In this document: positions 60,490 through 64,000 of the stretch, one piece after another | Position numbering within the stretch: the first letter of the stretch is position 1 | How the letters are laid out: each line of letters opens with the position of its first letter | Assembly: GCA_964528595.1 (NCBI GenBank) | Contig: CAZGTM010000009.1 | Coordinates: forward strand, 2,363 to 66,362 | From: an uncultured Rhodospirillaceae bacterium | GTDB taxonomy: Bacteria; Pseudomonadota; Alphaproteobacteria; UBA2966 | Direction of reading: 5' to 3' | DNA length: 64,000 nucleotides | Made by a program: the position numbers and the translations under genes | The notes under the pieces: model-generated | Seen by the model: the letters and a program-made list of their open reading frames with translations, nothing else | What the model was told of the DNA's origin: nothing | The model's database searches: none

Positions 60490-62537
60490 TGAAACGCAGA
60501 AACTTCCTCAAGGCGGGTGGCGCGCTGAGCGTGAGCTTTCTCGTGGCGGGCTGCCTGCCGGTCATTCCCAAACGGCCCGATCCGACGCCCGAGGCCGCCG
60601 TCGGCTGGATAAGCCACGTGGACGGCCGCTATACGCTGTCGCTGCCGCGTGCCGAACTCGGCCAGAATATCGCGACCGCCATGAAACAGGTGGCGTGCGA
60701 CGAACTGGGCGCCGAGTGGGAGGATGTCGACGTTGAATTGCACGTGACGGATCGCATCGGACATGTCCGGGCCACCGTCGGCAGCGATTCCGTCAAGGAT
60801 TACATGCTGCCGCTGGCCCAGGCCTGCGCCACCCTGCGCGAAGCGCTGGTACAGGGACGGACGGCGGGCGACTTGACGGCGGATGCCAGACCGATGGAAG
60901 AGCTTCGCGCCTTTTCGGGCGGCAGCCGGTTTGTCGGCAGGCGGATGCCGCTGGTTCAGGCGGAGGAAATCGTTGCCGGGAAGCCGCTTTATGCCTCCGA
61001 CGTTCGCCGGCCCGGCATGGCATATGGACGTGTCCTGCGGGCGGCGTCATCGCCCGAAGTGTCCTCCCGCCCCGCCGGGTGGGACGCCGAAGCGGCGGTT
61101 CGCGTCAAAGGGTTCGTCGCCATCGTTGAAGACGATCTTTTCCGGCAGGGAGAGAGCCGGGGGCTGGGGATCGTCGCCGAAACACCCGGTGCGCTCGACC
61201 GCATTGCCGACGCCCTGGCGATGAAGTGGGAAATCGACGGCGGCTTCGAACAACAGGACATCGACCGGATGATCGACATCGATCCGCGTCTTGCCGACGG
61301 CAGCCTTTCCTACCAGCTCGTCGACGATTCCATTGACCGGGAGGCGGCTTGGGATATCGACTTGCGCCTGGACATTCCGCTCGGCGCCCACGCACCCATG
61401 GAGCCGCGCGCCGCCGTGGCGGAATTCAAAGCTGACGCTCTCGAGCTCTGGGCGGGCACTCAAGATGCCTTCTATGTGCGGGACGTCATGGTCCGTCACT
61501 TCGATTTGGATGAAGACCGCGTGGCGGTACACAGCATGCGGGTGGGCGGCGCGTTCGGCGGCAAGACGATATGCACGGTCGAATTGGAGGCGGCCGTATT
61601 GGCGCACCGGACGGGCCGGCCCGTCAAAGTCCAATGGACGCGGGCGCAGGAGTACCGCCAGGGCTTTCATCGTTCGCCGTCCAGCCATCGCCTGCGGGTG
61701 CGGCTGAAGGACGGCAAGTTGAGCGACTGGTGGCACGGCTTTTCCAGCGGCCACATATTGTTCACCAACGCCGCCTTGCCGCCCTGGATGCAGCGCGTGA
61801 CGGACTTCATCGGCGACAAGGGCGTTGCCCGCGGCGCCATTCCGCCCTACCGCATTCCGAGACGGCGCATCGAACACGACCTGATACGGCTACCCGTCCT
61901 GACCGGGCCGTGGCGCGGTCTCGGCGCCGGGCCGAATGCGCTGGCCGTCGAATGCGCCATCGACGAGGCGGCCCGCAAAGCCGGCGGCGATTCTGTCGCC
62001 TTCCGTTTGGAACATATCGAGGATCCCCGCCTCGCCAATGTGCTGAAGGCGGCGGAAGCGGCCGCGGGTCCAAAGCCGGCGCCAGGCGGCAATGGCAGGG
62101 GAAGGGGCTTTGCCTGCGGCATCTACAAGGACATGAGCTACGCCGCCGTGGCGGCGGACGTAACCATAGACGCGGACGGCAATGTTCATGTCGAACGACT
62201 TTGCTGCGTCCATGATTGCGGACGCGTTATCAACCCGGATCAGGTTCGGGCACAGTGCGAGGGCAACCTGGTTTGGGGACTGGCCATGGCCTTGAGCGAT
62301 GCGCTGCCGGTGGCGAACGGAGGCATCGATGCGGAAAATTTCGGCGCCGCGGCGATGGCGCGTTTCGAACAAATCCCGCCGATGAAAATCGAATTGGTGG
62401 AGGGCAGCGATAATCCCACGGGCGCCGGTGAAACCGCCATCGTTGCCGCCTCGGGCGCCATTCTGAACGCCATCCGGGAAGCCAGCGGCGTCCGGATAAC
62501 GCGTTTGCCGGTTGCGCCGGACGAGTTGATGGGCTGA
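60486..62537 (+). CDS. molybdopterin-dependent oxidoreductase large subunit (IorB/aldehyde oxidase family), Tat-exported
   Basis: ATG 60486 (overlaps the small-subunit stop) inside track ORF 60423..62537. Twin-arginine leader [22 protein letters not shown]. Xanthine dehydrogenase/aldehyde oxidase-type domains (..[10 protein letters not shown].., ..TGAGETAIV..). Confidence 0.85.
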   Translation: MMKRRNFLKAGGALSVSFLVAGCLPVIPKRPDPTPEAAVGWISHVDGRYTLSLPRAELGQNIATAMKQVACDELGAEWEDVDVELHVTDRIGHVRATVGSDSVKDYMLPLAQACATLREALVQGRTAGDLTADARPMEELRAFSGGSRFVGRRMPLVQAEEIVAGKPLYASDVRRPGMAYGRVLRAASSPEVSSRPAGWDAEAAVRVKGFVAIVEDDLFRQGESRGLGIVAETPGALDRIADALAMKWEIDGGFEQQDIDRMIDIDPRLADGSLSYQLVDDSIDREAAWDIDLRLDIPLGAHAPMEPRAAVAEFKADALELWAGTQDAFYVRDVMVRHFDLDEDRVAVHSMRVGGAFGGKTICTVELEAAVLAHRTGRPVKVQWTRAQEYRQGFHRSPSSHRLRVRLKDGKLSDWWHGFSSGHILFTNAALPPWMQRVTDFIGDKGVARGAIPPYRIPRRRIEHDLIRLPVLTGPWRGLGAGPNALAVECAIDEAARKAGGDSVAFRLEHIEDPRLANVLKAAEAAAGPKPAPGGNGRGRGFACGIYKDMSYAAVAADVTIDADGNVHVERLCCVHDCGRVINPDQVRAQCEGNLVWGLAMALSDALPVANGGIDAENFGAAAMARFEQIPPMKIELVEGSDNPTGAGETAIVAASGAILNAIREASGVRITRLPVAPDELMG

Positions 62538-62542
62538 ACGCC

Positions 62543-63451
62543 ATGAATGACTTCGCCTCCGCCGCCATGATGCGTCTGATCGGCTTGGGCCTCGCGCGGC
62601 AAGGATTGGCGGACAAAACACCGGAGACGCCGGCCCAGGCGCATGTGCCGTTTGCGGAGAAACGTGAATTGGCCGGGGCTCTCCTGCGGAAGCACGGCGT
62701 CGTCGCTCTGCTTCGCATTGGAGAGGCGATCGAGGGCGCGCCAGAAGAACCTTTGATGACAGCGCTTTCCCTGGCTCGCGATCCCCGCGATTTGATACTG
62801 CGCTGGCAACGGCTGGAGCGCTTCGTTCATTCGCGGCACCGCACGGAAATCGTGGCGCAAAGCGAAACCGGTTTCGTGTTGCGGCACATATCGCTGCAAT
62901 CCCAGGCGCCGCCAAATCAGGCCGAGGACCTCTTGGTCTTCGGCTTGCTGTTTGCGTTGTTCCGGCACTGCGGCGCCGGTGGACTAAAGGCCCGGCCCGA
63001 AGGCACACGAAAGTGGTGGCTGTCGAAAGGGGAGTGGTCGCCGGGCCGCCACACCTCGGATTTCTCCACCTGGGAGGTCGCCTGGTCGGCGTTGCGTCAG
63101 GCGAAGTTTGAATTCCAGACCGGCGACGACGTCACGGTTTGGGCTGACATCGTCCGCCAAGCGATTGCCGCCGATCCCGGACGGATGTGGACCGTGGGAA
63201 TTCTGGCGGCGGAACTCCGGACCTCCGCGCGGACGCTGCAGCGCCGCTTGAAGGCGGAGAGGAATTCGGTCGCCAAACTGTTGGCCGTAACTCGATTGAA
63301 CGCCGCCTCGGCCATGCTGGGAACCACCGACGCCACGCTGGCTGAAATAGGCTATGCCTGCGGGTTTTCCGATCAGTCCCACTTCACCCGCGAATTCAAG
63401 AAACATACCGGCGCCACGCCGTCGACCTTCCGTTCGGAGTTCGCCGCCTGA
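62543..63451 (+). CDS. AraC family transcriptional regulator
   Basis: 302 aa. C-terminal HTH pair ..LAAELRTSARTLQRRLK.. and ..TLAEIGYACGFSDQSHFTREFKKHTGATPSTFR. Confidence 0.88.
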   Translation: MNDFASAAMMRLIGLGLARQGLADKTPETPAQAHVPFAEKRELAGALLRKHGVVALLRIGEAIEGAPEEPLMTALSLARDPRDLILRWQRLERFVHSRHRTEIVAQSETGFVLRHISLQSQAPPNQAEDLLVFGLLFALFRHCGAGGLKARPEGTRKWWLSKGEWSPGRHTSDFSTWEVAWSALRQAKFEFQTGDDVTVWADIVRQAIAADPGRMWTVGILAAELRTSARTLQRRLKAERNSVAKLLAVTRLNAASAMLGTTDATLAEIGYACGFSDQSHFTREFKKHTGATPSTFRSEFAA

Positions 63452-63461
63452 CCTGAACAAG

Positions 63462-63484
63462 AAAAACGCCCCCGGCCACCGGGG
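63462..63484 (-). terminator. candidate terminator for the cytochrome c' gene
   Basis: On the minus strand, CCCCGG-TGG-CCGGGG is followed by CGTTTTT (A-run 63462-63466 on plus). The 6-bp stem is short. Confidence 0.4.
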
Positions 63485-63537
63485 AGGTGGGCGGGAGCGT
63501 CGAGCGCCTCGGCCGCGGGGGCCGGTCTGAGAGGGCG

Positions 63538-64000
63538 CTACTTCTTCTTTTCGCGGAACTGTTTGTGGCAGCCGCCGCAGGCCTTACCGACGTCGCCGAT
63601 GGCGCCCTGCAGGGCGGCAAGGCCGTTGCCGGCGACCTTGGCCATCGCTTCCTGCGCCATGTTCAGGGCTTTGCCCTTTTCCGCAACGGCGGGATATGTG
63701 CTCCAGATCGCCGGCAAGGCGCGGGTCTTGGTGCCGAGCTTGTCGTTGCCCGAACCCGGCGGATACATCGCGCTGCCGTCGAGAGCAGACAATCCGACGA
63801 GGCTGTTGGCGGCGTTCTGCGCCTTCTTGGCGTCGTACGCGATCTTGCCCTTGGCCATGCCGCCGAGCGTGCCGAGATAGAAACCCCGGAGCTGCATCAC
63901 GGCTTTACGGGCCGCCACGGGCTTGTCCATATCCGCTGCCTGGGCGCCTACAGACAGGACGCCAGCCATGATGAACGATAACCCTACAATTTTTAGTGTT
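63538..64000 (-). CDS. cytochrome c' (class II c-type cytochrome), 5' end outside window
   Basis: C-terminal haem motif ..KACGGCHKQFR.. in a four-helix-bundle-sized protein. The frame stays open upstream of the track Met (..TLKIVGLSFIMAGVLSVGAQA/ADMD..). The signal peptide and true start therefore lie beyond nt 64000. Confidence 0.85.
   Translation of the reverse strand, partial: TLKIVGLSFIMAGVLSVGAQAADMDKPVAARKAVMQLRGFYLGTLGGMAKGKIAYDAKKAQNAANSLVGLSALDGSAMYPPGSGNDKLGTKTRALPAIWSTYPAVAEKGKALNMAQEAMAKVAGNGLAALQGAIGDVGKACGGCHKQFREKKK

Noticed and set aside
61890-63008. 372-aa (and overlapping 242-aa) minus-strand ORFs spanning the IorB end and AraC start
   Set aside because: They are antisense to two confidently called genes, cross a gene boundary, and give an Arg/Pro/Ala-rich translation.

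Overview
High-GC (roughly low to mid 60s % by eye), densely coding alphaproteobacterial chromosome segment; the synteny looks Rhodospirillales/Rhizobiales-like. All family calls come from motifs read in the supplied translations, with no database search. About 70 genes, mostly core housekeeping blocks: slt / dapA-smpB; NYN-folK-rpoZ-spoT-pyrE-DUF2062-pdxJ-acpS-lepB-rnc-era-recO; parC; bpt; an MCP plus motAB; ilvA; hemB. Around these sit transport, redox and signalling genes: FetAB-like ABC, three GSTs, two orphan histidine kinases, an ECF sigma module, an IorAB-type molybdoenzyme and cytochrome c'. There is one tRNA-Ser(GCT). I saw no rRNA, CRISPR array, integrase, transposase or recognisable defence system. 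Main observations: (1) the last 14 nt of tRNA-Ser plus 3 nt recur exactly 8 kb downstream as a direct repeat. This bounds an integrase-less islet carrying an ABC importer, CMD-like, 2OG-oxygenase, XRE-cupin and two unknown genes, an unassigned oxidative pathway. (2) motA and an acyl-CoA synthetase each carry a single-base deletion at a short homopolymer. (3) A visibly low-GC singleton gene for a PD40/TolB-like beta-propeller is wedged between convergent genes. (4) A tightly coupled hemB-PhyH-SpeD-like trio has an atypical pyruvoyl processing motif. (5) Tandem paralogous small secreted two-Cys proteins lie upstream of an orphan sensor kinase. I found no clear-cut novel multi-gene system; the tRNA-bounded islet and its cargo are the best candidate.
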